DNA of 64,000 bases from a virus: IMG/VR virus record IMGVR_UViG_3300027861_000011, positions 32,001 to 96,000 of that record. The stretch is one strand, 5' to 3'. This document shows, piece by piece, positions 20,401 through 30,383 of the stretch; positions within the stretch are counted from its first letter, which is position 1, and each line of letters opens with the position of its first letter. A program made the position numbers and the translations under genes. Below the pieces are notes generated by a model. It saw only the letters and a list, made by a program, of their open reading frames with translations, ran no database searches and was not told where the DNA came from.

Positions 20401-22638
20401 AGTCTTAGTGGAGATAGTATTACTTTTGATAATAATATACAAGGTTCAAATATTTATAATGTTAGTCTTCTTCCATTACTTAGTGGAAAGACTGATGTAA
20501 GTGTGTTTAATACTTATACTGGAGATACGGAAGCAGTTTTACTTACTAAAGTTGAAGATGGTAATAATGTCGGCAGTGGTGCTGGTGAGATATTCTCTGG
20601 TAAATCTGGAACAACACTTAACTTTAGAACACTTTCGGGTGGTTCTAACACAACATTAACAACTGTTGGTGATGTTGTTAAAATAGATGTAGCAGTACCA
20701 TCTGGAGATAATTTCTTCTCAACCGCTGGTACCGTCACACAATCAGCCACAACTGGTAGTACTGAAATATCATTACAAATAGTAGGTACTAGTGGGTTTA
20801 CACCTTACACAATAACAGGACTTACAGATACTTTTGTAAATGATTTCACATTTAGTTCGAATACGTTTACAATAACTCAAAATGATGGTAGTAGTTTCGA
20901 TAGTAGTGTTGAAACCATTGAGTTGGGTAATATACTAAGTGCGGTTACCTTTGATATAGGAACCTCTGGTAGTATATCCGCAACAACATTTAACGGTGAT
21001 ACGTTTAGTGGTGGTACTTTTTATGGTGATGGTACTAATTTAAGTGGTATAGATAATTTATATGTCACAGGTGGTACTGTAACTGGTGAAACAACAATTG
21101 TTCTTACAAGGAATGATAATGTTAATATCCCAGTAACTGGAATCACAAGTACAGGTTTATTCGGTCAACATACTGGAGATACTAATAACCCACATGTCGT
21201 AACAATAAGTCAACTTAGTGGTGTTAGTGAAACTTTATTCAACACATATACTGGAGATACGGAAACAGTTTTACTTACTAAAGTTGAGGATGGTAATAAT
21301 GTCGGTGGGGCTACTGAAATATTTAGAGATAAAACAGGTACAACACTTAACTTTAGAACACTTTCGGGTGGAACTAATACAACGGTTACAACTATTGGTG
21401 ATATTAATAGAATTGACGTATCAATACCAACCGATTTAAACACTTTTGTCACTGGGTTTACATACAACGATAATAATACTTTTACAATATTTGATAATGT
21501 AGGTTCAGCGTTTACAGCAACAATTAATCAAGTTAGTGGACTTACAGTTAACGGCACATTATCGGCAACAACATTAGATGGTAGTATACTATTAAGTGGT
21601 GGTACAAATTTATTAACTATTATAGACGATAGAGATACATTCGTAACTGGAACAACATTTACAGGTAATCAATCTATATTGTCAAGAAATGATGGTAGTG
21701 ATGTGTTAAAAATTAGTGGTGGTACAAATGTTACAATTACTAGTGGTGGTACAAATTTAACCGTTATCGATGTATCAATACCATTATATAATAATACATT
21801 TGTTAGTGGTGGAACATACAGTGACTCAACAGACATTATTACGTTTACAAATACAACTGGTGGTACTTTTAATGTTACAGGAATTACAGATACCTTTGTA
21901 ACTGGTGGGACATATAGTAGTGGTACAACATCGTTAGATTTTAGTGGTAACACTGGGTTTATACCATTCAGTGTAAATGTTTCTGAATTAATAGACGACA
22001 CAAATACATTTGTCACTGGTTTTACTTATAACGATGCTAACACATTCACAATAAGTAATAATAATGGAACTAACTATTCTGCTTCTATTGATGTGATGTC
22101 AGGATTAACAGTTAATGGGGAATCGGTATTTAGTGGTACAGGTACAGATGTTGTTCAAATATATGGTTCTGGTTCAACAACACCGATTTTTAGGGTAGAA
22201 GGTTCATCTGGTGAATTGTTTAGTATCTCAGATAGTTTGATAGGTGATTTATTCACCGTTAACAATATTTCAGGATTACCTATTTTAGTGGTAAATTCAG
22301 ATAACACCATATTATGGGGTGATAATACGGTACCTTCACTTAACACAACAGTTAAAAAATCTATAAATTCAGGGTTAACAGAAATATATTCAGTACCTGT
22401 AAGTGCTTACACAGGTGTATTCTTTGATTATACGGTAACTGGTGCTGGGGCTAGGGCTGGTTCTATATCCTCAATATTTAGTGGAACATCAGTTCAATTT
22501 AACGAAACAACAACAAACGATATAGGAGATACAAGTGGAATTACTTTTGATATGAATATATCTGGTGGTACCGCTAACTTAACTGTTTCAGCTACAACAA
22601 ACAGTTGGGAAATAAGAACGATTGTAAGAAGTATATAA
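17473..22638 (+). CDS. giant Thr/Gly-rich repetitive fibre protein
   Basis: 1721 aa; four KVxxGxNxG..EIF..K.GT.LxFRTLSGG modules and many DTFVxGxT units. Confidence 0.75.
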   Translation: MSCNSNTPNVNKTFIIEPQSLTGGTPVLSACTSLYTNLIQACSGGTVNFSDNINISGAISGVTYYGDGSKLTGISTVDNFVSGGTYNSGSTVLEFVGNSSATTFNVDVSELLDNTNYYVTNAQFSGSTLILTRNGGLSALTSEFTATTVDTFVSAGTFNQATAAIDFSGNSSGTTFSVQLNSLTANTYTNNSELVNNTIFFDTNLALSAYSVDLTPLVFTGNTSGDCITDLHISNLYGCSPITTHDKLILLSGLTFSSITKDNSLIQILGRNSTTGDVEYRDVSSIITGATSTITASNGLTKTGDNITLGGVLTGDTTINIDNNTFALSGGSVSMDDGTGINIGTNIIDGGSGFFGSSNYIQLRTKSDYSEPWFYMNGSQSTSSIGKFFQWNLGDQSLDIAFTFAKPSANHYQFNNNQFALYDNSGSYKIWNYFNRESVVGFIAAQGIVNSNVNGSVAIATSAVTMTANYTLYTDKLNLVDTPTNNDLNTNILTRNTSTGNVEYRDVSSIINAASADTYTTSANLSGDSITFDNNLGGVNVYNVDLLPLLSGKTNNTHFDSYTSATETILNTKVEDGNNVGGATEIFSGKSGTILNFRTLSGGSNTTLTTVGDVVKIDVSIPTDQDTQVTAFTWNQTTFDLTIKQNGLSDETVNLAVLATDIYVVSGSYSANTGIVRYTNSTGGTFDVSGFTTGMTDTYTTDANLSGNSITFDRNIGGGNVYNVDLLPLLSGKTNNTDFNTYTAATEVIIDSKADQSAFTAHTGDTSNPHLTAFSSLTTTAHTHTLNDITDFDAYSGNVQTILDSKTDQTLFDSYSATTDAAIASKVDQTLFDSYSAATEITLATKVDGGINIGNGAEIFSGKSGTTLVFRTLSGGTNTTVTTIGGLNVIDVVIPTDQDTQVTAFTWNPTTFDLTIEQNGLSDETVNLSILATDIYVVSGVYDPLTGIVTYTNSTGGTFPVSGFTTGMTDSYTTSASLSGDSITFDNNIQGSNIYNVSLLPLLSGKTDVSVFNTYTGDTEAVLLTKVEDGNNVGSGAGEIFSGKSGTTLNFRTLSGGSNTTLTTVGDVVKIDVAVPSGDNFFSTAGTVTQSATTGSTEISLQIVGTSGFTPYTITGLTDTFVNDFTFSSNTFTITQNDGSSFDSSVETIELGNILSAVTFDIGTSGSISATTFNGDTFSGGTFYGDGTNLSGIDNLYVTGGTVTGETTIVLTRNDNVNIPVTGITSTGLFGQHTGDTNNPHVVTISQLSGVSETLFNTYTGDTETVLLTKVEDGNNVGGATEIFRDKTGTTLNFRTLSGGTNTTVTTIGDINRIDVSIPTDLNTFVTGFTYNDNNTFTIFDNVGSAFTATINQVSGLTVNGTLSATTLDGSILLSGGTNLLTIIDDRDTFVTGTTFTGNQSILSRNDGSDVLKISGGTNVTITSGGTNLTVIDVSIPLYNNTFVSGGTYSDSTDIITFTNTTGGTFNVTGITDTFVTGGTYSSGTTSLDFSGNTGFIPFSVNVSELIDDTNTFVTGFTYNDANTFTISNNNGTNYSASIDVMSGLTVNGESVFSGTGTDVVQIYGSGSTTPIFRVEGSSGELFSISDSLIGDLFTVNNISGLPILVVNSDNTILWGDNTVPSLNTTVKKSINSGLTEIYSVPVSAYTGVFFDYTVTGAGARAGSISSIFSGTSVQFNETTTNDIGDTSGITFDMNISGGTANLTVSATTNSWEIRTIVRSI

Positions 22639-22639
22639 A

Positions 22640-23356
22640 ATGAGTTTTTCATATGGTGCCAAAATAGTGACTGATGGTTTAGTATTCTATGTGGATGCTG
22701 CTAACCCTAATTCATACGTAAGTGGAAGTACAACAGTTGATAGTTTAGTAAGTAATGTAACAGGGTCATTAAGTAATGATACTGATTTTTCTACAGATAA
22801 TCAAGGGGTTTGGGTGTTCGATGGTGTGGATGATAATATAACAACCCCATATAATGATATTTTAGATATAACATCAATCACTATACAGTGTTGGTTAAAT
22901 CTTACTGGTGCCCAACAATTGTATCCCACAGTATTTGGAAGAGCGGGTGGGGGTAGTGCTGCTTATAAGATTAGAACTTACGGGGGGGTGGGTTCAGATA
23001 TAGGGTTACAAATTTATGATTCTACATATAGACAAGGACCTAAATTAACAACAGGGGTAAGCGGTAAAGACTTAAATTATGGGGAATGGAACTTTTTAAG
23101 TTTTTCATATGATTATAATTCAATTGACGGTCAAAGATTTAAAGTATATCTTAATGGTGTATTAGATTCACAATCTACAACAGGTGTGGGGACAATAGTA
23201 AATACTTCACAAACAATGGAGTTTATGGAAAGTGATTTTGATAGTAATTCCAATTTAGCGGGTTCTTTAGGTCCATGTAATATATATAACAGAGAACTCA
23301 CATCAACAGAAGTATTACAAAATTACAACGCTTTAAAGGGGAGGTTTGGGTTATGA
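22640..23356 (+). CDS. LamG / concanavalin A-like domain protein
   Basis: IVTDGLVFYVDAAN...FDGVDD...KVYLNGVL...IYNRELTSTEVLQNYNA. Confidence 0.85.
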   Translation: MSFSYGAKIVTDGLVFYVDAANPNSYVSGSTTVDSLVSNVTGSLSNDTDFSTDNQGVWVFDGVDDNITTPYNDILDITSITIQCWLNLTGAQQLYPTVFGRAGGGSAAYKIRTYGGVGSDIGLQIYDSTYRQGPKLTTGVSGKDLNYGEWNFLSFSYDYNSIDGQRFKVYLNGVLDSQSTTGVGTIVNTSQTMEFMESDFDSNSNLAGSLGPCNIYNRELTSTEVLQNYNALKGRFGL

Positions 23357-24801
23357 GTACAATAGGAGGTCCAAGATTATCGACAATACCAACATTTCAA
23401 AACACTTATTCAATGGATTTTGATGGGGTGGATGACGTACTTAGTTTAGGAGAAAATTCAACTGTTGGTACAGGTGGTACTAATACTCTTTCGTTTTGGG
23501 TAAAAGGAGGTGCTCAATCAGTTGTAACAATTTCAGATTATCTCTTTAGTAGTTACGGTACTTATAATTGGTGGAAGTATTTTCATGGTCATGATACTAA
23601 TTTATATTGGAGAAATATTAATGGTGTAGCGTTTAATGTAGCTCCAAATGTGTTTGACGGGGATTGGCATAATATAGTGATAATTAGAAATCCTTCTGAT
23701 TTAGTTGATGGGTCATTAAGAATCTACGTAGACAACGGTACACCTTTAGATAGAACTTTAGATTATCGTTATGGTGTTGCTGGGTTTTACAATGGACCTC
23801 TAGGAACAATAGGTAATAATATCACTGCTTCTAGTGGTTTTAATGGTAAGATTGATGAGGTTTCGGTTTGGGACTCTGAAATAACTCCTTCTGATGTATC
23901 TACCATATATAATGGTGGTGCACCTAATGATTTAACTGACCTTTCACCAGACTATTGGTTAAGAAATGGAGATAACGGTTCTTGGAAATCTCCACAATGG
24001 TTACTACCTTCAAATGAGAATAAGGACAAAGTAAGTAATTATAGTTTTCAATTAGATGGAATAAATGACTATATCGATTTAGGGGATAGTGATGATTTTA
24101 GCTTTGGTGATGGTGCAACAGATTCTCCTTTTAGCATTTCTGCTTGGATAAAAATGGATAGTACTTCAGGCTTTAGAATTTTTAATAAGTATTCTGGTTC
24201 AATAAATGAATATCAATTTGGAACTGGTGGTGCTCAAAAATTACAAATGTATATATTTGATAATACAAGCAGTTTTAAATATAGAGCAAGAGTATATAAC
24301 ACAATTTTAAACACAGGACAATGGTATCACGTAGCTACTACATACAGCGGAGTTGGTGGAAGTAATGCTCAGGATGGAATAAAAATATATGTTAATGGAG
24401 TTAGAGTTGATGACTCATCTGTAAGTGGTGGTGCTTATGTTGCTATGGGTAATAAAACAACTCCCGTTTACATAGGGAAATTAGACTCAAGCTACGCTAA
24501 TGGCAATATAGATGAAGTTTCGCTTTTCAATTCAGAACTATCTGCAAGTGATATTACAGATATCTACAACGGTGGAGAACCTACAACACTACCAAGCGGA
24601 GCAGTAGTACATTATAGATTAGGTGAAGAAGCTACTTTTAGCGGTGGAGTTTGGACAGTGCCCGACCAAGTAGGAACTAACGATGGAACCTCTGCAAATA
24701 TGACAATAGAAGACAGAGTAGGAAGCGCTCCTAGCATCTCAAACAACGCTGTAAGTTTCAACATGGATTTAATTGACAGAACTACTGATGTTCCAACATG
24801 A
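23353..24801 (+). CDS. two-LamG-domain protein
   Basis: YSMDFDGVDD, GKIDEVSVW, FSISAWIK, WYHVATTY, GNIDEVSLFN; ATGA overlap with the previous gene. Confidence 0.85.
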   Translation: MSTIGGPRLSTIPTFQNTYSMDFDGVDDVLSLGENSTVGTGGTNTLSFWVKGGAQSVVTISDYLFSSYGTYNWWKYFHGHDTNLYWRNINGVAFNVAPNVFDGDWHNIVIIRNPSDLVDGSLRIYVDNGTPLDRTLDYRYGVAGFYNGPLGTIGNNITASSGFNGKIDEVSVWDSEITPSDVSTIYNGGAPNDLTDLSPDYWLRNGDNGSWKSPQWLLPSNENKDKVSNYSFQLDGINDYIDLGDSDDFSFGDGATDSPFSISAWIKMDSTSGFRIFNKYSGSINEYQFGTGGAQKLQMYIFDNTSSFKYRARVYNTILNTGQWYHVATTYSGVGGSNAQDGIKIYVNGVRVDDSSVSGGAYVAMGNKTTPVYIGKLDSSYANGNIDEVSLFNSELSASDITDIYNGGEPTTLPSGAVVHYRLGEEATFSGGVWTVPDQVGTNDGTSANMTIEDRVGSAPSISNNAVSFNMDLIDRTTDVPT

Positions 24802-24857
24802 TAAAAGATATGTCACATATAACAATAATAATAGAAACTGTTTAATATTTATATTAT

Positions 24858-27101
24858 ATGATAATAACACATAACAATATAATATTGAAAAATGAGGGAA
24901 TTATTTTAAATAAAATTACCACAGTACCACCAACCCCACCTTCTCCTTTCGCTAATACCTATTCGCTAGATTTTGATGGGGTGGATGACTATGTTGACGT
25001 AGGTAATGTTATAGATAAAGATAAATCAAATGCTTTCTCAATTTCTGTATGGATTAATATACCTCTTACTATTTCTAATAACATCATAATAAGTAAAGTA
25101 GAAGATAGAGATAATGGTGGTGCGCTGTCTAAAGGTGCTGTTGGTTATCAGTTATATTTTAATAATACATTGTATTTTAGGTTTCTTTTAGACAGTCATT
25201 TTTCGCATCAAATGTATGTACAAGATGCTAACTATTGGGGTCTTAGTGACGGGTTAATTAATGGGTGGCACCATATTGTAGGAACTTATGACGGTAGTGG
25301 ATTATCTTCGGGTATGACACTATATGTAGACGGATATGATGTATCTTTTAATAGAGTAGACATTGGTACAGGAGATTTTAACAATACAGGAGATTTATAT
25401 GTAGGTGGACAAAATTATAACGGAACTCCTCAATCTTCCTTTAGGGGTAAAATTGATGAACCCTGTATAATACCCACTGAGCTAACTCCAGCAGAAGTAT
25501 TAGACATATATAATGGAATAAGACCTTCTGGTGGTGGAGTAGTAGACGGTAATTGGAATGACGGAACTGGAAAACCTAAAGATATGAGCAGCTATAATTC
25601 TGATTTATGGCTAAGAAATGGAGATAACGGTTCTTGGAAATCTCCACAATGGCTGTTACCTAATAATGAGAATAAAGACAAAGTTTCTAATTATAGCTTT
25701 GATTTTGACGGAATAGATGACAAAGTAACTTTAAGCTCATCTGTTGATTTAGGAATAAACAGTACTATTTCTTTATGGGTTAATTTGGATAGTGGATTTA
25801 ATGGTGTTATAATAGGAGAGACTTCATACGCTGTCCCTTATATCTTATATGTAAGGGAGAACGTTGACTTCGTTGTTAGAATAGATAATGTTTTTAAATA
25901 TTATACACAAATGTCCAATGTTGCAAGTGGTGGATTAGCTTCGGGAAGTTGGAATAACATTGTTATTCAAAGGAGTGGTGATGTAATAGAATGTTTTTTA
26001 AATGGTGTTAGTAAAGGTACTCAAAGTGGTTTTGGAACATCCGTTAATACTTTATTTGACACGTTTGGCGGTGAACCTCCTAACTTATTATATCAAATTG
26101 AAGGCAAAATAGATGAAATAGCGGCTTGGAATACAAATACTATTGACCCAATAGACATCTACAATGGTGGAGAACCTACAACATTACCAAGCGGAGCAAT
26201 CGCACATTACAGAATGGGCGAAGAATCTAACTTCACAAGTAATTGGTTAGTTGATAATTCAGCGTTAGACAATTACAGTAAAAGGAGCTTTGCTTTTGAT
26301 GGATTGGATGACTATATAGATTTAGGTGATATATCTGCTTTAAACAATACGACTAATTTTACTTATTCGGGTTGGTATAAACAACCAATTTTAGACGTAA
26401 GAGGCACTATGTTGAGTAGTGGTTATCTTTCTTCGAATCAAGAATTTATTTTATTTTACACTTGGAATGATGGCCGTATGATTTTACAGATAGGGGACTC
26501 TGGAGTAAACCCTTATGCAAGTTTTGATTATTCATTATATGTAACTGCTGGACAATGGTTTCATTTTGCTTATGTGTACAATGGTAATGGTATTACGGAG
26601 GCTGATAAGGTTCAAATTTATATTAACGGTGCTTCTATTACCTTAACTTTTTCGGGAACTATGCACACCTCAACACCCGTAGGTGCAAATATAACAAAAA
26701 TAAGCTCCACAACGACTGATGCGTGGGGTGGCGGGGTTGACGAAGCAGCCTTTTTTGATTATTCATTAAATGCCACAGAGGTATTATCTATTTACAATGG
26801 TGATGGTGCAGCAACACCTGGAGATTTAACAAGTCTTTCACCAACTAATTGGTGGAGAATGGGCGAAGATGCTTCATTCAACGGTACTGATTGGACTGTA
26901 CCCGACCAAGTTGGGACTAACAATGGTACATCTAACGGAATGATGGTAGATTCTTTAGTAGGTGAAGCACCTAATTATAGTGGTGGTGGTATCTCAAACG
27001 GAATGACTATCGAAGATAGGGTTGGGAATGCACCAAATTCAGATAACAATGCTTTATCCATTAATATGGAGAGAGAAGATAGAGTAGAAGATACACCATA
27101 A
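24858..27101 (+). CDS. three-LamG-domain protein
   Basis: Three YS/RSFxFDGxDD...IDE domains; TATTTATA at 24846. Confidence 0.85.
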   Translation: MIITHNNIILKNEGIILNKITTVPPTPPSPFANTYSLDFDGVDDYVDVGNVIDKDKSNAFSISVWINIPLTISNNIIISKVEDRDNGGALSKGAVGYQLYFNNTLYFRFLLDSHFSHQMYVQDANYWGLSDGLINGWHHIVGTYDGSGLSSGMTLYVDGYDVSFNRVDIGTGDFNNTGDLYVGGQNYNGTPQSSFRGKIDEPCIIPTELTPAEVLDIYNGIRPSGGGVVDGNWNDGTGKPKDMSSYNSDLWLRNGDNGSWKSPQWLLPNNENKDKVSNYSFDFDGIDDKVTLSSSVDLGINSTISLWVNLDSGFNGVIIGETSYAVPYILYVRENVDFVVRIDNVFKYYTQMSNVASGGLASGSWNNIVIQRSGDVIECFLNGVSKGTQSGFGTSVNTLFDTFGGEPPNLLYQIEGKIDEIAAWNTNTIDPIDIYNGGEPTTLPSGAIAHYRMGEESNFTSNWLVDNSALDNYSKRSFAFDGLDDYIDLGDISALNNTTNFTYSGWYKQPILDVRGTMLSSGYLSSNQEFILFYTWNDGRMILQIGDSGVNPYASFDYSLYVTAGQWFHFAYVYNGNGITEADKVQIYINGASITLTFSGTMHTSTPVGANITKISSTTTDAWGGGVDEAAFFDYSLNATEVLSIYNGDGAATPGDLTSLSPTNWWRMGEDASFNGTDWTVPDQVGTNNGTSNGMMVDSLVGEAPNYSGGGISNGMTIEDRVGNAPNSDNNALSINMEREDRVEDTP

Positions 27102-27149
27102 AATTACAATAAATATAAATTTTAACATATTTATAATAAAGACAAAAAA

Positions 27150-27410
27150 ATGCATAATACAAAAACATACGCAGTGATTAATTTAACAGACGTTGGATTA
27201 ATCGATTTTTCTCAAGTAGGAGAAACTTCACCATCCACAATTAGAAAGTCATTAGACGACACCCAATTTGTCATTAAATGGCAAGAAGGTTATATACCAA
27301 CATTTATAACAGATTCCTCAGTAGTTCCTGTTGGAACTTATGACCATCATGCGATTTTAGAATTAATGGCAACTTCAGCTTGGAGTTCACCTATTGAAGA
27401 GATAGTTTAA
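27150..27410 (+). CDS. small phage protein following the LamG genes
   Basis: IDFSQVGETSPSTIRKSLD...YDHHAILELM; TATTTATA at 27128. Confidence 0.65.
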   Translation: MHNTKTYAVINLTDVGLIDFSQVGETSPSTIRKSLDDTQFVIKWQEGYIPTFITDSSVVPVGTYDHHAILELMATSAWSSPIEEIV

Positions 27411-27421
27411 TATTAATAGTT

Positions 27422-28264
27422 ATGAGTGGATGTATAGGGGGTATTAATATCGCTAGTAGATTTATAATTGCACATGAATTGGCAACGGGAGTTGTTATGG
27501 ACAAACATCAACGGAATGCAATAAACGGTTATGTTGAAAGGTTGAGCGGTGTAGGTACGGTATACGGTAATAACCTACTGAATATGTTTATAAAATACGG
27601 AACAACCCTAATGCCATGTTGCCCATCAAATGATTCAACAGCATCAGCCGCTGGTTATCAAATAGATTTATTAAGTGCAACACAACAGGGTGAGTTCTTA
27701 AACTTCTTACCAGAAGATATAACAGTTATGGGTGTGAAAGGTGGGTCATCATCAGCAAAATATTTTAAAACATTTAAGGGTCCAATTGATTACCCTTTAC
27801 TATCTGGATTTGATTTCTTTTATATAAAAGAAACGTGTGCCGTTTCATCAACAGCAACCCATAGAGTATATAGAGATAATACTAATAATACATATCTTGT
27901 ACCAAGACATTTCAGTAACGGTTGGGTATATAGTGTTTTTAATGGTAATTTTGATGCTGGTATTGGTAATGGTAAGGTACACAAAGGTTTATGTGGTCTA
28001 TTAAATAGGGAAGGTGTATTAAAGTCAATGTATGTTGATGGTACTGGAACAAGATGGAGTAATTATGGTGGGTATTCATCTACACCTTACACTAATAATG
28101 GTACGTATTTTAAATTTCATGATGGTTTATGGTTAGGTGAAATTTCTCTATATTCAGTTAGAGCACCAGAATTAACAAATGAACAGATATATGACCTTAT
28201 AGAAGCAACGAATTGGTATCAAGATAACGTATTGTCAAACGCATCAAGAAAATTAGTGATATAA
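27422..28264 (+). CDS. hypothetical virion protein (possible divergent lectin-like fold)
   Basis: 280-aa ORF inside the fibre cluster. Confidence 0.55.
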   Translation: MSGCIGGINIASRFIIAHELATGVVMDKHQRNAINGYVERLSGVGTVYGNNLLNMFIKYGTTLMPCCPSNDSTASAAGYQIDLLSATQQGEFLNFLPEDITVMGVKGGSSSAKYFKTFKGPIDYPLLSGFDFFYIKETCAVSSTATHRVYRDNTNNTYLVPRHFSNGWVYSVFNGNFDAGIGNGKVHKGLCGLLNREGVLKSMYVDGTGTRWSNYGGYSSTPYTNNGTYFKFHDGLWLGEISLYSVRAPELTNEQIYDLIEATNWYQDNVLSNASRKLVI

Positions 28265-28267
28265 ATT

Positions 28268-28453
28268 ATGGAAACAATATTAAAAGTGGATAAAGAAATA
28301 ATATTCTTAGAGAATAATATGAAGTATCAGTCAATTGGTTATTTAGATTTTTTCTACTTCCCTATGGGTATGGAACCAATGTTAGATAAAAGAGGTGTTT
28401 CATATGTTAAATTAGATTATGAGTTTCCAACTGACGACCCATTAGATGTGTAA
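28268..28453 (+). CDS. hypothetical protein
   Basis: 61-aa ORF coupled to the previous gene. Confidence 0.5.
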   Translation: METILKVDKEIIFLENNMKYQSIGYLDFFYFPMGMEPMLDKRGVSYVKLDYEFPTDDPLDV

Positions 28454-28554
28454 TACATTAACTAAATAACGATATAATAGTGTCATTTTAATTAATTCTA
28501 CATATTTATAATAAAATAACATTTAATCTACTGGATAGGGAAAGTAATTAAAGA

Positions 28555-30357
28555 ATGAACGAATTTATAATTAAAAATGGATTTATCTCCAAAGGAGATT
28601 CTGTGGTTAATGGAACCATTTCTGGTGAAACATTTTACGCAACAACAATACCATCAAACGATAATTCACAAACACAAGTATTAGTTAGGAATTCTACCAG
28701 TGGTTTAATAGAATATAGAGACGCATCATCATTAAGTGGTACTCCTGGTACAAATACTTTTGTTACAGGAACCACATTCGGTTCAAATCAGTCTTTAACT
28801 AGAAGAAATGATGGGGCCGATGTTTTAATATTAACTGGTGGTACAAATGTAACTTTATCCAACCCATCTACAAATCAAATTAAAATAGATGTTACCATAC
28901 CATCAGACTCTAATACATTTGTAACAGGTTTTACATACAACGATAATAATACATTTACAATATTTGATAATGATGGTGGTTCATTTCCAGCAACAATAAA
29001 TCAAGTTAGTGGGTTAACAATTAATGGTGATTTAGATGTTACAGGTAATACAACACTTAATACGTTAACAGCTACCAGTATTACATCAAACTCAGCAATA
29101 GATGTGTTTAACGGACATATTAATTTAAGAGATAATTCTTATTTCTTACAAGGTAGAACGGTTGCTGATGATAATGTCTCCTTAATTGGTGTAGATAATC
29201 AAGACAGGGTACTTATTGGTAATGCTGGATATGATACGTATATAGATAGTGATACTATTGTAGATGGTGATACTATTGTAGATGGTATATTGTCAGCACA
29301 AACCGTATTCCTAACAACAACACCAACACTTAATAATTCTGGTACAGATATACTACTTAGAAATAGTACTACTGGTGAAATAGAATATAGACCAGTTAGT
29401 GGTATCACACCAGATTTAAACACATTTGTAACTGGATTTACATATAACGATAATAACACATTCACAATCTCTGATAACGCTGGTTCATCGTTTCCAGCAA
29501 CAATTAATCAAGTTAGTGGGTTAACAGTTAATGGAACATTATCAGCAACCACATTAGATGGTAGTATACTATTAAGTGGTGGAACTAATCTAACCACTAT
29601 AATTGAAAGTTTAGATACTAACACATTTGTTAGTGGTGGTACGTATAATGATACAACAAATAATATTAACTTTAGTGGTAATTCTTTAGAAACTACTTTT
29701 GATGTAGATTTAACTGATTTGGTTAGTTCGGTTAGTGGGGATACTTTTGTTGTTGGGGGAACTTATGTAGATTCTACAAATACTATTGCCTTACTAAGAA
29801 ATGATGGGAACTTTGTAAATGTAACAGGAGTTACTAACACATATGTTACAGGAGGAACTGTTTCTCCAGCAACAGATAACAGTAATGCTGGTTCTATAGG
29901 GTTGTTCTATAAAGATTCTGATGGTATACCTAGAACTCTCCCTTTTGAAGATACATATACATCTGGAACAACATTCGGTAGTAATGAAGCCACATTAACA
30001 AGAAATGATGGAACAGAAATATTTAAATTATCTGGTGGTACAAACGTAACCTTATCTAACCCATCAACAAATCAGATTAAAATAGATGTCACCTCAATAA
30101 GAGAAGTTACTGGTACAACTACCTTCGCAACGGCTAATGAAACTGTAAACTGTACATCTGGGACTTTTATAGTAAATCTACCAACAGCGGTAGGTATTCA
30201 AGGAACTACTTACACATTAGTTAATAGTGGGACTGGAATAATAACATTAGACCCATCTGGGTCAGAAACAATAAATGGGTCATTAACAATTGACTTAAAA
30301 CGACAATACATAAGTAGAACTGTACAATCAAATGGTTCTAACTGGATAGTCATATAA
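28555..30357 (+). CDS. Thr/Gly-rich fibre protein, paralogous to 17473..22638
   Basis: Shares NTFVTGFTYNDNNTFTI and ATINQVSGLTVNGTLSATTLDGSILLSGGTNL blocks. Confidence 0.75.
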   Translation: MNEFIIKNGFISKGDSVVNGTISGETFYATTIPSNDNSQTQVLVRNSTSGLIEYRDASSLSGTPGTNTFVTGTTFGSNQSLTRRNDGADVLILTGGTNVTLSNPSTNQIKIDVTIPSDSNTFVTGFTYNDNNTFTIFDNDGGSFPATINQVSGLTINGDLDVTGNTTLNTLTATSITSNSAIDVFNGHINLRDNSYFLQGRTVADDNVSLIGVDNQDRVLIGNAGYDTYIDSDTIVDGDTIVDGILSAQTVFLTTTPTLNNSGTDILLRNSTTGEIEYRPVSGITPDLNTFVTGFTYNDNNTFTISDNAGSSFPATINQVSGLTVNGTLSATTLDGSILLSGGTNLTTIIESLDTNTFVSGGTYNDTTNNINFSGNSLETTFDVDLTDLVSSVSGDTFVVGGTYVDSTNTIALLRNDGNFVNVTGVTNTYVTGGTVSPATDNSNAGSIGLFYKDSDGIPRTLPFEDTYTSGTTFGSNEATLTRNDGTEIFKLSGGTNVTLSNPSTNQIKIDVTSIREVTGTTTFATANETVNCTSGTFIVNLPTAVGIQGTTYTLVNSGTGIITLDPSGSETINGSLTIDLKRQYISRTVQSNGSNWIVI

Positions 30358-30383
30358 TAAAAAGAAATTAAAAATTAAATAAT

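Noticed and set aside
23940-25720. Diversity-generating retroelement TR/VR pair among the LamG or fibre repeats
   Set aside because: Differences are mostly synonymous and not adenine-specific, both copies are coding, and no reverse transcriptase is in the window
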